DNA from: a virus
Direction: 5' to 3' (one strand)
Length of the DNA stretch: 30,503 nucleotides
UHGV virus genome: UHGV-0123901
A program made the translations under genes and the position numbers. The notes under the pieces were generated by a model, which was not told the DNA's origin, did not search any database, and was given only the letters and a program-made list of their open reading frames with translations. Shown here in pieces: positions 1 through 8,431 of this stretch (its first letter is position 1; each line of letters opens with the position of its first letter).

Positions 1-49
1 CCATTTTAGTTAATTTACCTTTATAAAACAAACAGATAAAAACAAAACA

Positions 50-1213
50 TCACTCATCATCTTCTGTTTCGTACTCCACATCAGAAAGCCTGACCTCAAG
101 CTCCAAGGACGTCGTGAAGCCGCTGTTATTCAGAAAATGTGTCACCTTAGTGATTGTCCAGTCCTGCTCGTCTATGACGCGCTTAAAGCCTGACACTTTA
201 ACCGGTGTTTCCGTGTAAATATCTGCCCGACCGGTAGCCAGGCTGATGGAGAACTCCGCCACACCCCGTTGCAGTTTATCCCACTTCGCCTGAGCGGCGC
301 GCATGGCCTGCGCTTTCGTGGCATATACCGTGGTCAGGGCAAAAACGTTGTCAGCCTCACCGGCCATGTATTCACCTTCGCGCGCTTCCGGTACTTTTGG
401 CGCTTTCTTCTGCGTGACCGGTTTCGCTTTCGGGTGCTCCAGTGCGCGCAGGTGTTTTTCTTTCTTTTTGCGTTTCAGTTTTACCTTCTGCTTTTGCGGC
501 TTCGGGTCTTTGGTGTGTAACCACTTTGCCGTTACGCCGGTGTAAGCTCCACGGTCAGCAATCGCAAAATGATGACGGTCGCCGTCGCTGCGGGTGATGG
601 TAATCTGCGGGATTTTTTTACCGCTGGCCGTCCCCCCCTGCCCCGCTTTGAGAAACAGCAGTTTTCCCATTTTTACCGACACCTCACCGCCGTTGCGTTC
701 AGCAAGGCGGGTCAGGAATTTCGCATCAGACTCCTGCGACTGGTCGATGTGCGGGATTTTAATTCCGTCCAGTGACGGCGCGACACTGGCTTCCAGCTTG
801 TTACGGGAGGCTATCGCCTCAACAATCGCACCGAGCGTGGTGTCATGCCATGAGCCTTCACGGCGGGAATTGAGCGTCCCGCGAAAATCTGCACTCCGGG
901 CGCGGATGGTAACCACATCCGGCGCGCCCCGGTGTTCAACCTCATCAACGGTGAATTTCCCTTTGCATACCAGGGCAAAACCTTTCCAGCCGATATACAC
1001 CGTCAGGACAGCGCCACGAACCGGCAGCCCGACCTGCCCGTCGGCATCGTTCAGTTCAATATCAAGCTGGTCAGCCTCAAAGCCCCGGTTATCCGTCAGG
1101 GTCATGCTCATCAGACGGTCGCTGATATTGCCGGTAATATCCCTGCTGTCGAGCATCAGCATGTAATCCGGCGTCAGCGTACTGCCTGCATCAAATGTCA
1201 GCGCATCCAGCAT
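50..1213 (-). CDS. D: tail protein D (P2 gpD-like)
   Basis: 387-aa ORF, last gene of the tail operon directly downstream of U; length equals P2 gpD. Confidence 0.85.
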   Translation of the reverse strand: MLDALTFDAGSTLTPDYMLMLDSRDITGNISDRLMSMTLTDNRGFEADQLDIELNDADGQVGLPVRGAVLTVYIGWKGFALVCKGKFTVDEVEHRGAPDVVTIRARSADFRGTLNSRREGSWHDTTLGAIVEAIASRNKLEASVAPSLDGIKIPHIDQSQESDAKFLTRLAERNGGEVSVKMGKLLFLKAGQGGTASGKKIPQITITRSDGDRHHFAIADRGAYTGVTAKWLHTKDPKPQKQKVKLKRKKKEKHLRALEHPKAKPVTQKKAPKVPEAREGEYMAGEADNVFALTTVYATKAQAMRAAQAKWDKLQRGVAEFSISLATGRADIYTETPVKVSGFKRVIDEQDWTITKVTHFLNNSGFTTSLELEVRLSDVEYETEDDE

Positions 1214-1692
1214 TATCCCGCCCCCGTCATACCCGTGAATTTAGTCGCCATACTGCCAGCCTTACCGATGAGCGATTCCGCCTGTTTACCGATATCGCCA
1301 TAAAGCGCGGCCAGTGATTCATCAACGCGGGTGAGCGACAGCGTAAAATCAATTTTCCGGGGTGTGCCGTCTGCAAAGAAAATACTCCCTGTTTCACTCA
1401 CCCTGCTGATGACATACATGCCGTAAATCATGCCGGTGCCATCCAGCAACGGCCACGCCCGGCCTTCCTCTGCCATCAGCCTGAGCGTGGTCATCGTCAG
1501 CTTGCCGCCGGTCAGTTCGGGATAAAGCACGCCGGCAAGCGTGATGTTTTCCTCACCCACACCGAGAAACTGGTAGGCATCCCGTTTACCGATACGGGAA
1601 TTTGACGGCCAGCGATAATCTGATTCACGCTGCATGGTCTGGTGTGGCAGCGTCTGGCGCATAAAAACAAACATACCTAACGCGAGCATCAT
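1213..1692 (-). CDS. U: tail protein U (P2 gpU-like)
   Basis: 159-aa ORF between tape measure and D; stop/start overlap with D. Confidence 0.85.
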   Translation of the reverse strand: MMLALGMFVFMRQTLPHQTMQRESDYRWPSNSRIGKRDAYQFLGVGEENITLAGVLYPELTGGKLTMTTLRLMAEEGRAWPLLDGTGMIYGMYVISRVSETGSIFFADGTPRKIDFTLSLTRVDESLAALYGDIGKQAESLIGKAGSMATKFTGMTGAG

Positions 1693-1706
1693 TTTTCGTC
1701 ACCTCC

Positions 1707-4154
1707 TTAACCGTCATGCATCATGCTGGCACGGGCGCGCGCACGTTTATCCCGCTCGTATTTTTCGAGCGCATCCTGTAACTGGCGGTCAAGCTGTGTC
1801 CCCGGCGCAGTACCACCGGTCAGGCTGATGTGATATTCGTTTTTACTCTGGTCCACATAAGAGCGGCCAGCCGGTGCCGTGACCGGCTGATAAGCCTGAT
1901 AGCCTGCATAAGAGCTGGTCGCCGGAATATAACCACCGCTGCCATACGTGGCGGCTTGAGTTCTGGCGGCGGTCTGGTCAAGTGTGTCTGACTCTTTGTT
2001 GATAACACCGAGTTTTTCCAGTACCCAGTCAATACCGCTGCGCAGTTTGTTGAACGCATTAAGCGGCAGCATCAGCGCGTCAGCCAGTGCCTGCCCGAAC
2101 ATGACGCCCGTATCACGGCAACGGTTCAGGGTGTCCTGGGTGGCTTTGACCGGGGCAATCAGGTTTTTAAACCACTGCCACGCGGCCTGTAACTTTTCGC
2201 CCAGCCAGTCAAACACCGGCTTAAGTGGCGTGAACAGTTCCCCCACTGGCGCAAATGCCACTTTCAGCCCTTCAACCACACCGCCAAAGAATGCGCTGAC
2301 AGGCTCCCAGTATTTACGGATAAGCAACGCCCCGGCGACAATGGCAGCCACCACGGCCACAACCGGCCAGCTAATCACCCCGATAGCAGTCATAACGGCA
2401 CTGCCAACCGTCGTGAAGATTGCACCCATTGCGCCTGCTGCCGCGATGATGGCATTGATGCCGGTGATAACCGGCCAGGCTACAAGACCAATTGCACCGA
2501 TGATGCCAATAAGCGCCAGCGCGCCACCGGCAATGATGCCAATGGTTGACGCCAGTGATTTGTTTTTCTGGATCCAGCCGTCGAGTTTTAACACATACTT
2601 TGTGGCCGTCTGTGTGAGCTTACGCAGTGCGCCTTCCTGCTGGTCAAACAGGTCTGTCCCCACCGCCTCATAAGCGGACTGAAACTCTTTAAAGTCACCG
2701 CCGAGGTTGTCCTGCATGATATTTACCAGCTCGGCGGTCTTCCCGTCTGAGGCTTTAAACGCAGCGGTCAGTTTGTCCAGCTTTCCGGTTGAGGCGGCAG
2801 TCATCAGCACGGCGGCGGCTGAGCTGGCCTCCTCCCCGAAAATAGTTTTCATGTATTCAGCCTGCTGGGCAGTACCGAGCCGGTTTTTCTCAAAACTGGC
2901 CTGCATTTCTTTCAGAATGGTAAATATTGGCCGGGTGTTTCCCTTGCTGTCTGAGGTTTTCACTCCAAGCTCTTTGAGTGCATCCCATGCTTTTCCCGTC
3001 GGTGCCTGCAGGCGGCTTAACACGGCACGGCTTCCCGTCCCCGCCATTGAGCCTGTGATTTTTGCATCATGCAGCGCCCCGACCATTGCGGCGGTTTCTT
3101 CAATGCTGACACCGGCATTTTTTGCCACAGGTGCGGCATAGGTCAGCGCATCGCTCATGCCGTCAAAATCGGCGGCGGTTTTGTTCATCGTCATGGAGAG
3201 AACATCCCCGATATGAGCGACCTTATCGTTTGAAAGCTGAAAGGCGGATTTCATCCCCATCAGCAGGGCGGCGTTTTCTTCCATCGTGCGGCGGTTCGCC
3301 AGCGCCATATTCAGCGTGACCGGCGTTGCCGCCTGAATGGCATCAACATCCCCACCCGCTTTCGCGATGATTATCTGTGCACCGGCCGCATCATCCGCCG
3401 AAGCGGCGGTATTGTCGCCGAGCTGGCGCGCCTGTTTGCGTAGTGCGGTCATTTCGGCGGAGTCTTTTGCCACTCCGAGCACGGCCTGCAATTCTGAGTT
3501 TTTCTGCGCAAACTCATAACCGGGCATCAGTAACTTAACTCCGGCCATCGTTCCCGCCGCCGCAATCCCCACACCGGCAGCGCCTACTGAGGCCATATTT
3601 CCGGCCAGCTCCTTTCCGGCCTGATAACGCTGTTTGACTGCGTTAAGTTTTGCCTGTTGCGCACTGACACGCGCCAGCGCGTCGCGCTGACGGTTAAGCT
3701 GTGCGGTGGTTTCACTGATACGGTTTTTCAGTCCCTGCTCATCATGTGCAAGATTGCGGGTATTAATTCCCACAGCGGCCAGTTCCCGCTGCTGGCGTTT
3801 AACGGAATCCGTCAGGCGGTTATATTTCGCCTGTAAGTCCTCCGCCGCTCGCTTTGCGGATTCCAGCACTTTCGCCTGAGCACGGGTCGGTCGTTCGGTA
3901 TTTTTAAACTGTGTGGCAAGGGCTTCGGCTTCCTGCCGCGCCTTTTCAAGTGCATGACCAGTCACGGCGAGCTGTGCACTGGTCTTGCGGAACCCCTCAA
4001 TACGGGACGCCTGACCGTTCAGCTCGCGCAGTGATTTTTGTGTTTCCCGGATATCCCCCGACAGCGATTTGCTCGCTGTGCGGATGGATTTAAACGGGCG
4101 GGATGCCTGGTCAACAGCCCTGAGCAATACCTGTAATTTTACATTGTTACTCAT
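1707..4154 (-). CDS. T: tail tape measure protein (P2 gpT-like)
   Basis: 815-aa ORF, Ala/Gly-rich with coiled-coil N-terminal part and hydrophobic central segment; position after E/E'. Confidence 0.9.
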   Translation of the reverse strand: MSNNVKLQVLLRAVDQASRPFKSIRTASKSLSGDIRETQKSLRELNGQASRIEGFRKTSAQLAVTGHALEKARQEAEALATQFKNTERPTRAQAKVLESAKRAAEDLQAKYNRLTDSVKRQQRELAAVGINTRNLAHDEQGLKNRISETTAQLNRQRDALARVSAQQAKLNAVKQRYQAGKELAGNMASVGAAGVGIAAAGTMAGVKLLMPGYEFAQKNSELQAVLGVAKDSAEMTALRKQARQLGDNTAASADDAAGAQIIIAKAGGDVDAIQAATPVTLNMALANRRTMEENAALLMGMKSAFQLSNDKVAHIGDVLSMTMNKTAADFDGMSDALTYAAPVAKNAGVSIEETAAMVGALHDAKITGSMAGTGSRAVLSRLQAPTGKAWDALKELGVKTSDSKGNTRPIFTILKEMQASFEKNRLGTAQQAEYMKTIFGEEASSAAAVLMTAASTGKLDKLTAAFKASDGKTAELVNIMQDNLGGDFKEFQSAYEAVGTDLFDQQEGALRKLTQTATKYVLKLDGWIQKNKSLASTIGIIAGGALALIGIIGAIGLVAWPVITGINAIIAAAGAMGAIFTTVGSAVMTAIGVISWPVVAVVAAIVAGALLIRKYWEPVSAFFGGVVEGLKVAFAPVGELFTPLKPVFDWLGEKLQAAWQWFKNLIAPVKATQDTLNRCRDTGVMFGQALADALMLPLNAFNKLRSGIDWVLEKLGVINKESDTLDQTAARTQAATYGSGGYIPATSSYAGYQAYQPVTAPAGRSYVDQSKNEYHISLTGGTAPGTQLDRQLQDALEKYERDKRARARASMMHDG

Positions 4155-4574
4155 TCGTGTTTCCGCTTCGCCGGAGCGCCTTTTCGCGCCATGTGATGAG
4201 TTCGGTCAGGCTCATGGGATACAGTTCTGATGGCGGCCAGTGAAATATCACTGCCACATCCGCCATCAGGTCATCGACCGAGAGATTTTTCGGAAACGTC
4301 ACTGCACCGAGTTCGGCGACAAAAAACCGACCACCTTACCGGCCAGCGCCACAAGGTCAGGCAGTTCCAGTGCGGCGACTTCCTGCTCGGTCAGCATCGG
4401 TGCCGTCATGCGCGGCAACACCTTAATCAGTGCATCGACTTCGGAGTTTGCAACCGCAGCCAGACTGACACCGCGCAGCGTCCCGGCATTGGGTTTCATC
4501 AGCGTGACCTGTTCGATAACCTGCTCACCACGTTTGACCGGATTGTCCAGGGTAATGACATTTTCTTTGTTCAT
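4147..4574 (-). CDS. E': E+E' tail assembly chaperone produced by programmed -1 frameshift
   Basis: Slippery T TTT TTG on the coding strand (plus coords 4320-4326); the -1 frame stays open until a TAA at 4147-4149, giving a 142-aa product that overlaps the start of T, as in P2. Confidence 0.6.
4299..4574 (-). CDS. E: tail assembly chaperone E (P2 gpE-like)
   Basis: 91-aa ORF between FII and T; ends ...GFLSPNSVQ, with the GFL codons (ggt ttt ttg) forming a slippery heptamer. Confidence 0.85.
   Translation of the reverse strand: MNKENVITLDNPVKRGEQVIEQVTLMKPNAGTLRGVSLAAVANSEVDALIKVLPRMTAPMLTEQEVAALELPDLVALAGKVVGFLSPNSVQ
4320..4326 (-). other. programmed -1 ribosomal frameshift slippery heptamer (T TTT TTG)
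   Basis: Read directly: plus strand caaaaaa = coding strand TTTTTTG, in the X XXY YYZ register of the E reading frame. Confidence 0.6.
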
Positions 4575-4630
4575 GGTTTTCTCACTTCTGAATCGGGGTT
4601 AACCGGTCAGCCAGGCTGACCGGATGACAA

Positions 4631-5149
4631 TTACAGGCCGATATTGCGGCGGTGTTGCTCCAGCCGGTCGACGCCGTTCACCTTCTCAATCATGTTGATG
4701 GTGTCGATTTCGACCAGCTCCTTACCGTCCATCGTCAGCCGGAAATAGGTGCAGACCACGGAGATTTTCGACTCAGTGTCTTCTCCCTGTTTACCCTCGC
4801 CGGTGTCGATTTCTTTCTGACGTCCACGCATGACCACTTCGACGGCCACCGTTTCGCCGGTATCGTCACGCTGGTAAGAGCCTGCAAAACGAATCGGCAC
4901 AGCATCCACACCGGTTGCGGCGTAAAGCTCCCAGATAACCGAATCCGGGAAGCCACCGAGCGACCACTCCATTGACAGCGCATCGTCATCAAGGCCGAGG
5001 TCTACCGGTGCGCTGCCGTTCATCCCCGCACCGCGATAGTTTTCGAGCTTACGGGTCAGTTTTGGTAGCGTGACGGACTTTGCAACGCCCTGATAGCTGT
5101 ACCCGTTCAGAAAGACGTTCATTAACTTGAGTTTGCGCGGCATTGCCAT
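4631..5149 (-). CDS. FII: tail tube protein (P2 gpFII-like)
   Basis: 172-aa ORF immediately downstream of the sheath gene. Confidence 0.9.
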   Translation of the reverse strand: MAMPRKLKLMNVFLNGYSYQGVAKSVTLPKLTRKLENYRGAGMNGSAPVDLGLDDDALSMEWSLGGFPDSVIWELYAATGVDAVPIRFAGSYQRDDTGETVAVEVVMRGRQKEIDTGEGKQGEDTESKISVVCTYFRLTMDGKELVEIDTINMIEKVNGVDRLEQHRRNIGL

Positions 5150-5161
5150 CGGTCAGGCTCC

Positions 5162-6352
5162 TTAATTGCTGTTAACCGAGGTGACCAGATTTGCCAGGTA
5201 TTTATCGGTAATACGCTGGCGCAGGGTCAGGTTTTCGAGTGGAGGCACCGGTGTATAGTCGTAGTCGATATACAGTTTTCCGGCCTTAAGGGTTTCCGCA
5301 TCGTTGGATTCTTCGCTGAACCAGCAGGTTGCATCCACGATATAGCCGTTTGTTTTCAGCTCACGGAATTTGGCATTGATGCCGTCAACGATGTCGCGAA
5401 TCAGCGTTGCGGTGATGGGCTTGTCCACCGCCCACATGTGCGCCTCAGCCATCGTGTCGGCCAGCACCTGCGCGGTACGGGTGTAGTTTTCAAAGAGGAA
5501 CAGCGGGTCATCAGAGCAGGTACGGTTACCCCAGAATCGGAAACCGTCACGGCGAATCAGCGTGGTGACGCCTGACTCGTTAAGCAGGTCAGCATCGGTG
5601 CCGGACTCCTGCAAATCCCAGAATACAGATGCGCTGATGCCGGTAACACCGTTCACCCCGACGTTGGACAGCGTTTTATGCCAGCCCTGCTCCTGGTCGA
5701 TTTTAGCGCGCAGCCCCAGCGCACGAGCGGTGGCATACGCGGTGGCGGTGGTACTGGTGACCGTATCCCATGCGAGGAAATCCGGCCAGATGACCATCAG
5801 CTCACGCTGGCTGAAATTCTGGCGGTAGGCTTTCACCTCGGAAATGGTTTTACAGCCCCATGCGCTGATATACCCGAAAGCGCGCAGCTTCTGACAGACT
5901 GATGCCAGTGCAACCGCCACCTCTTTGGTGTCCAGTCCCGGCACACCGAGAATACGCGGTTTAACACCGGTAACCGACTCCGCCGCCAGCAGGGCTTTTA
6001 GTCCGGTGTACTGACCGTTTTCGTCGGTGGTGCCGATGATATTGGAAACGGTCTGCGCAAGTTTCGTTTCCTCGTCATCACCGGTGCCGTCCTCCACGCG
6101 CACAACAACGGTGACCGGTTTTGACTGGTCGGCGATAGCCTGCAACGATGCCGCCAGAGTGCCTTTTTTACCGGCCTTTGCAATTGCGCTCTGCACATTG
6201 GTAATCAGCACCGGTTTATTGAGGGGGAAGGTTTCCGCATCCGCATCGCTGGCCGTGCAGACCATGCCAACAATGGCAGTGGATACGGTGGAAATGACGC
6301 GGGTGCCGTCGTTAATCTCCAGCACCTGCACGCCGTGATGATAGTCACTCAT
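5162..6352 (-). CDS. FI: contractile tail sheath protein (P2 gpFI-like)
   Basis: 396-aa ORF at the head of the FI-FII-E-T-U-D block. Confidence 0.9.
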   Translation of the reverse strand: MSDYHHGVQVLEINDGTRVISTVSTAIVGMVCTASDADAETFPLNKPVLITNVQSAIAKAGKKGTLAASLQAIADQSKPVTVVVRVEDGTGDDEETKLAQTVSNIIGTTDENGQYTGLKALLAAESVTGVKPRILGVPGLDTKEVAVALASVCQKLRAFGYISAWGCKTISEVKAYRQNFSQRELMVIWPDFLAWDTVTSTTATAYATARALGLRAKIDQEQGWHKTLSNVGVNGVTGISASVFWDLQESGTDADLLNESGVTTLIRRDGFRFWGNRTCSDDPLFLFENYTRTAQVLADTMAEAHMWAVDKPITATLIRDIVDGINAKFRELKTNGYIVDATCWFSEESNDAETLKAGKLYIDYDYTPVPPLENLTLRQRITDKYLANLVTSVNSN

Positions 6353-6411
6353 CCGTTTAACTCCGTGGTTAATGGGTGAGTGGTATTTTCAGTTGTGCCG
6401 GAGATGTCAGG

Positions 6412-7011
6412 CTATTTGTCCCGGTTGGCTAAGGGATGACACAATTTATTCTTTGTCGCTGATGAGGGGAATTTCTTATAGAGCGTGGACAGGCCAATAT
6501 CAAAAATCAGCGCCACGCGTTGACGAGATTCCCCCGCAGCCAGCAACCGTCCGACCTGCTCCCACTCACTCGCGGTGAGTTTCGGACGTCTGCCACCAAT
6601 ACGACCTTTGGCTCTGGCCGCTTCCAGTCCGGCGCGTGTCCGCTCGACAATGAGTTCTCGCTCCATTTCAGCCAGGGCACCCATCACATGAAAGAAAAAA
6701 CGCCCCATCGGCGTGCTGGTATCAATAGCATCCGTCAGACTGCGAAAATTAACGCCGCGTTCGCGCAGTTCCTCAACCAGAATGACCAGATGCCGCATAC
6801 TACGCCCCAGCCTGTCCAGCTTCCAGACTACCAGAGTGTCACCTGCTGATAATGTTCTGAGCAGTTTTTTCAGTCCCGGTCTGTCGGACTTCGTGCCGCT
6901 GATTTTATCCTCAAAAATCCGCTCGCATCCTGCGCACTCCAGCGCGTTACGCTGCAATTCCGTGTTCTGGTCATTTGTTGACACGCGTACATAGCCAATA
7001 AGCATGAGCAT
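6412..7011 (-). CDS. serine-recombinase DNA invertase (Hin/Gin/Cin/Pin family)
   Basis: 199-aa ORF with N-terminal IGYVRVSTNDQ catalytic-serine motif and C-terminal HTH; sits just outside a gix/hix-like crossover site next to tail-fibre genes. Confidence 0.9.
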   Translation of the reverse strand: MLMLIGYVRVSTNDQNTELQRNALECAGCERIFEDKISGTKSDRPGLKKLLRTLSAGDTLVVWKLDRLGRSMRHLVILVEELRERGVNFRSLTDAIDTSTPMGRFFFHVMGALAEMERELIVERTRAGLEAARAKGRIGGRRPKLTASEWEQVGRLLAAGESRQRVALIFDIGLSTLYKKFPSSATKNKLCHPLANRDK

Positions 7012-7062
7012 CCCCCTGAATAAAAACCGGAGATGATGCCAGTTGCCCGTTATCTCTGCATT

Positions 7063-7086
7063 TTCATAAACGTTGGTTTGGGAGAA
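7063..7086. other. invertase crossover site (left, gix/hix-like)
   Basis: ttcataaacgttggtttgggagaa; its reverse complement ttctcccaaaccaacgtttatgaa shares 14/14 nt (ttctcccaaaccaa) with the site inside H at 8833-8858; imperfect dyad around a central dinucleotide. Confidence 0.6.
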
Positions 7087-7434
7087 GCGGCGAAAAGGGA
7101 TGTGGGCACAGGAGAAAATCAGATACCGGATATGTCATCCTGGAAAAGAAATCCGAGTTCTAATCGCTGGAGAAAATTGCCTGATGGAACCATCATTCAA
7201 ATGGGAATATCAGCATCAGGGCCATTAGGCTCACCTGTAAATATCACCCTGCCGATATCTTTCAGCAATACCAATTATTGTGTTGTTGCATCGTACGATA
7301 ATGCACGGTCAGGTGTGTCAACAATGGTTAGTTTTGCAGCATTACCTGTTTCACCATCGCAATTTTCCCTGATGTCATCTGTGACTGAGCAAGGAATAAA
7401 TCCTTTTGCTTACTGGATTGCTTTTGGAGATTGA
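7075..7434 (+). CDS. alternative tail-fibre C-terminal segment (S'v-like), silent in this orientation
   Basis: Open frame beginning at the crossover site, in frame with the constant part of H after inversion (276 codons of H, then about 120 codons here). Confidence 0.55.
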   Translation, partial: GLGEAAKRDVGTGENQIPDMSSWKRNPSSNRWRKLPDGTIIQMGISASGPLGSPVNITLPISFSNTNYCVVASYDNARSGVSTMVSFAALPVSPSQFSLMSSVTEQGINPFAYWIAFGD

Positions 7435-7437
7435 TAA

Positions 7438-7857
7438 ATGGACAGATACTTCTATTCACAAAAAGAAAATGGTTTTTTTACCGATTTAAATAAAGCACCT
7501 TCAGATGCTGTTGAGATAACCACGGATGAATGGCTGTCACTACTGGATGGTCAGGATAATGGCATGAAAATAGTCAGCAATCAGGAGGGATATCCGGTTT
7601 TGACAGAGCAACCACCTTTATCAAAAGAAAACCTTATTGCATTGGCGGATTTGAAAAAAAGAAAACTTATTAATGAAGCCAACGAGCACATGAACAGCAG
7701 ACAATGGCCAGGTAAAGCGGCTATTGGTCGTCTGAAAAGTGAGGAACTGGCGCAATATAATTTGTGGCTGGATTATCTGGACGCACTGGAACTGGTTGAT
7801 ACCTCCAGTGCTCCAGATATTGAATGGCCTACGCCTCCGGCAGTTCAGGCCAGATGA
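7438..7857 (+). CDS. tail fibre assembly chaperone, alternative copy (U'/Tfa-like)
   Basis: 139-aa ORF whose C-terminus (LWLDYLD...SAPDIEWPTPP) parallels that of the opposite-strand Tfa (LNAVLDYID...APDVIWPELP); convergent with it, as in Mu G and P1 C segments. Confidence 0.75.
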   Translation: MDRYFYSQKENGFFTDLNKAPSDAVEITTDEWLSLLDGQDNGMKIVSNQEGYPVLTEQPPLSKENLIALADLKKRKLINEANEHMNSRQWPGKAAIGRLKSEELAQYNLWLDYLDALELVDTSSAPDIEWPTPPAVQAR

Positions 7858-8431
7858 CATCCGGCGCGGTGCTGGTATCTGTTGCCGTCACCGAGTCAAT
7901 GTAATCCAGCACAGCGTTAAGTCGGGTGTTTTCTGTCTGCGTCAGCTTCCGCCCGGCCTGTAATTTCAGCTGAATCAGACTGATGGAAGCCATTGCAGCA
8001 TCAATCAGCGACTGGCGCTGTGCTTCTGCCGCTTCTACTGCGGCGCTATGCTGTGCCTCAGTATCGGTCACCCATTTCTCACCATCCCATTTATCGTATG
8101 GCGTTAACGGTGCGAGAGTGGTTGTATTTTCGGGATAGTCGCCTGGTGCTGTGATTTCTTTGGCATCTCCCGTTTCGGTGTTGTAGACAATTTCACCGCG
8201 ATGGTCTGGCACATATTCCCATGAGTTAAAATCTGCAGAACGGCAGATTGCATAACCAGCTTTATGTGTAACTGGTGCATCTAAACAAGAACATGCCGGG
8301 ATACCGACGCCAATGGCAAGATATTCATTTGAAGTAGAAATATATTCCCGAGTTTTACCATCATAGTTATAGACGGTAATATTCCCCGCCTTCGTGGCAA
8401 TAAGCTCGCTATTTAATACGGCGTTATCCAT
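7829..8431 (-). CDS. tail fibre assembly chaperone (gpG/Tfa-like), currently expressed orientation
   Basis: 200-aa ORF immediately downstream of H with start/stop overlap; conserved Tfa C-terminal motif. Confidence 0.8.
   Translation of the reverse strand: MDNAVLNSELIATKAGNITVYNYDGKTREYISTSNEYLAIGVGIPACSCLDAPVTHKAGYAICRSADFNSWEYVPDHRGEIVYNTETGDAKEITAPGDYPENTTTLAPLTPYDKWDGEKWVTDTEAQHSAAVEAAEAQRQSLIDAAMASISLIQLKLQAGRKLTQTENTRLNAVLDYIDSVTATDTSTAPDVIWPELPEA

Noticed and set aside
594-1166. 190-aa plus-strand ORF antisense to gene D (and similar antisense ORFs such as 1984-2673, 10051-10779, 15623-16294, 18632-19342, 19856-20305, 20761-21219)
   Set aside because: They lie wholly inside well-supported phage structural genes on the opposite strand. 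Long antisense ORFs are expected in GC-rich coding DNA, and none shows a convincing RBS or recognisable motif.
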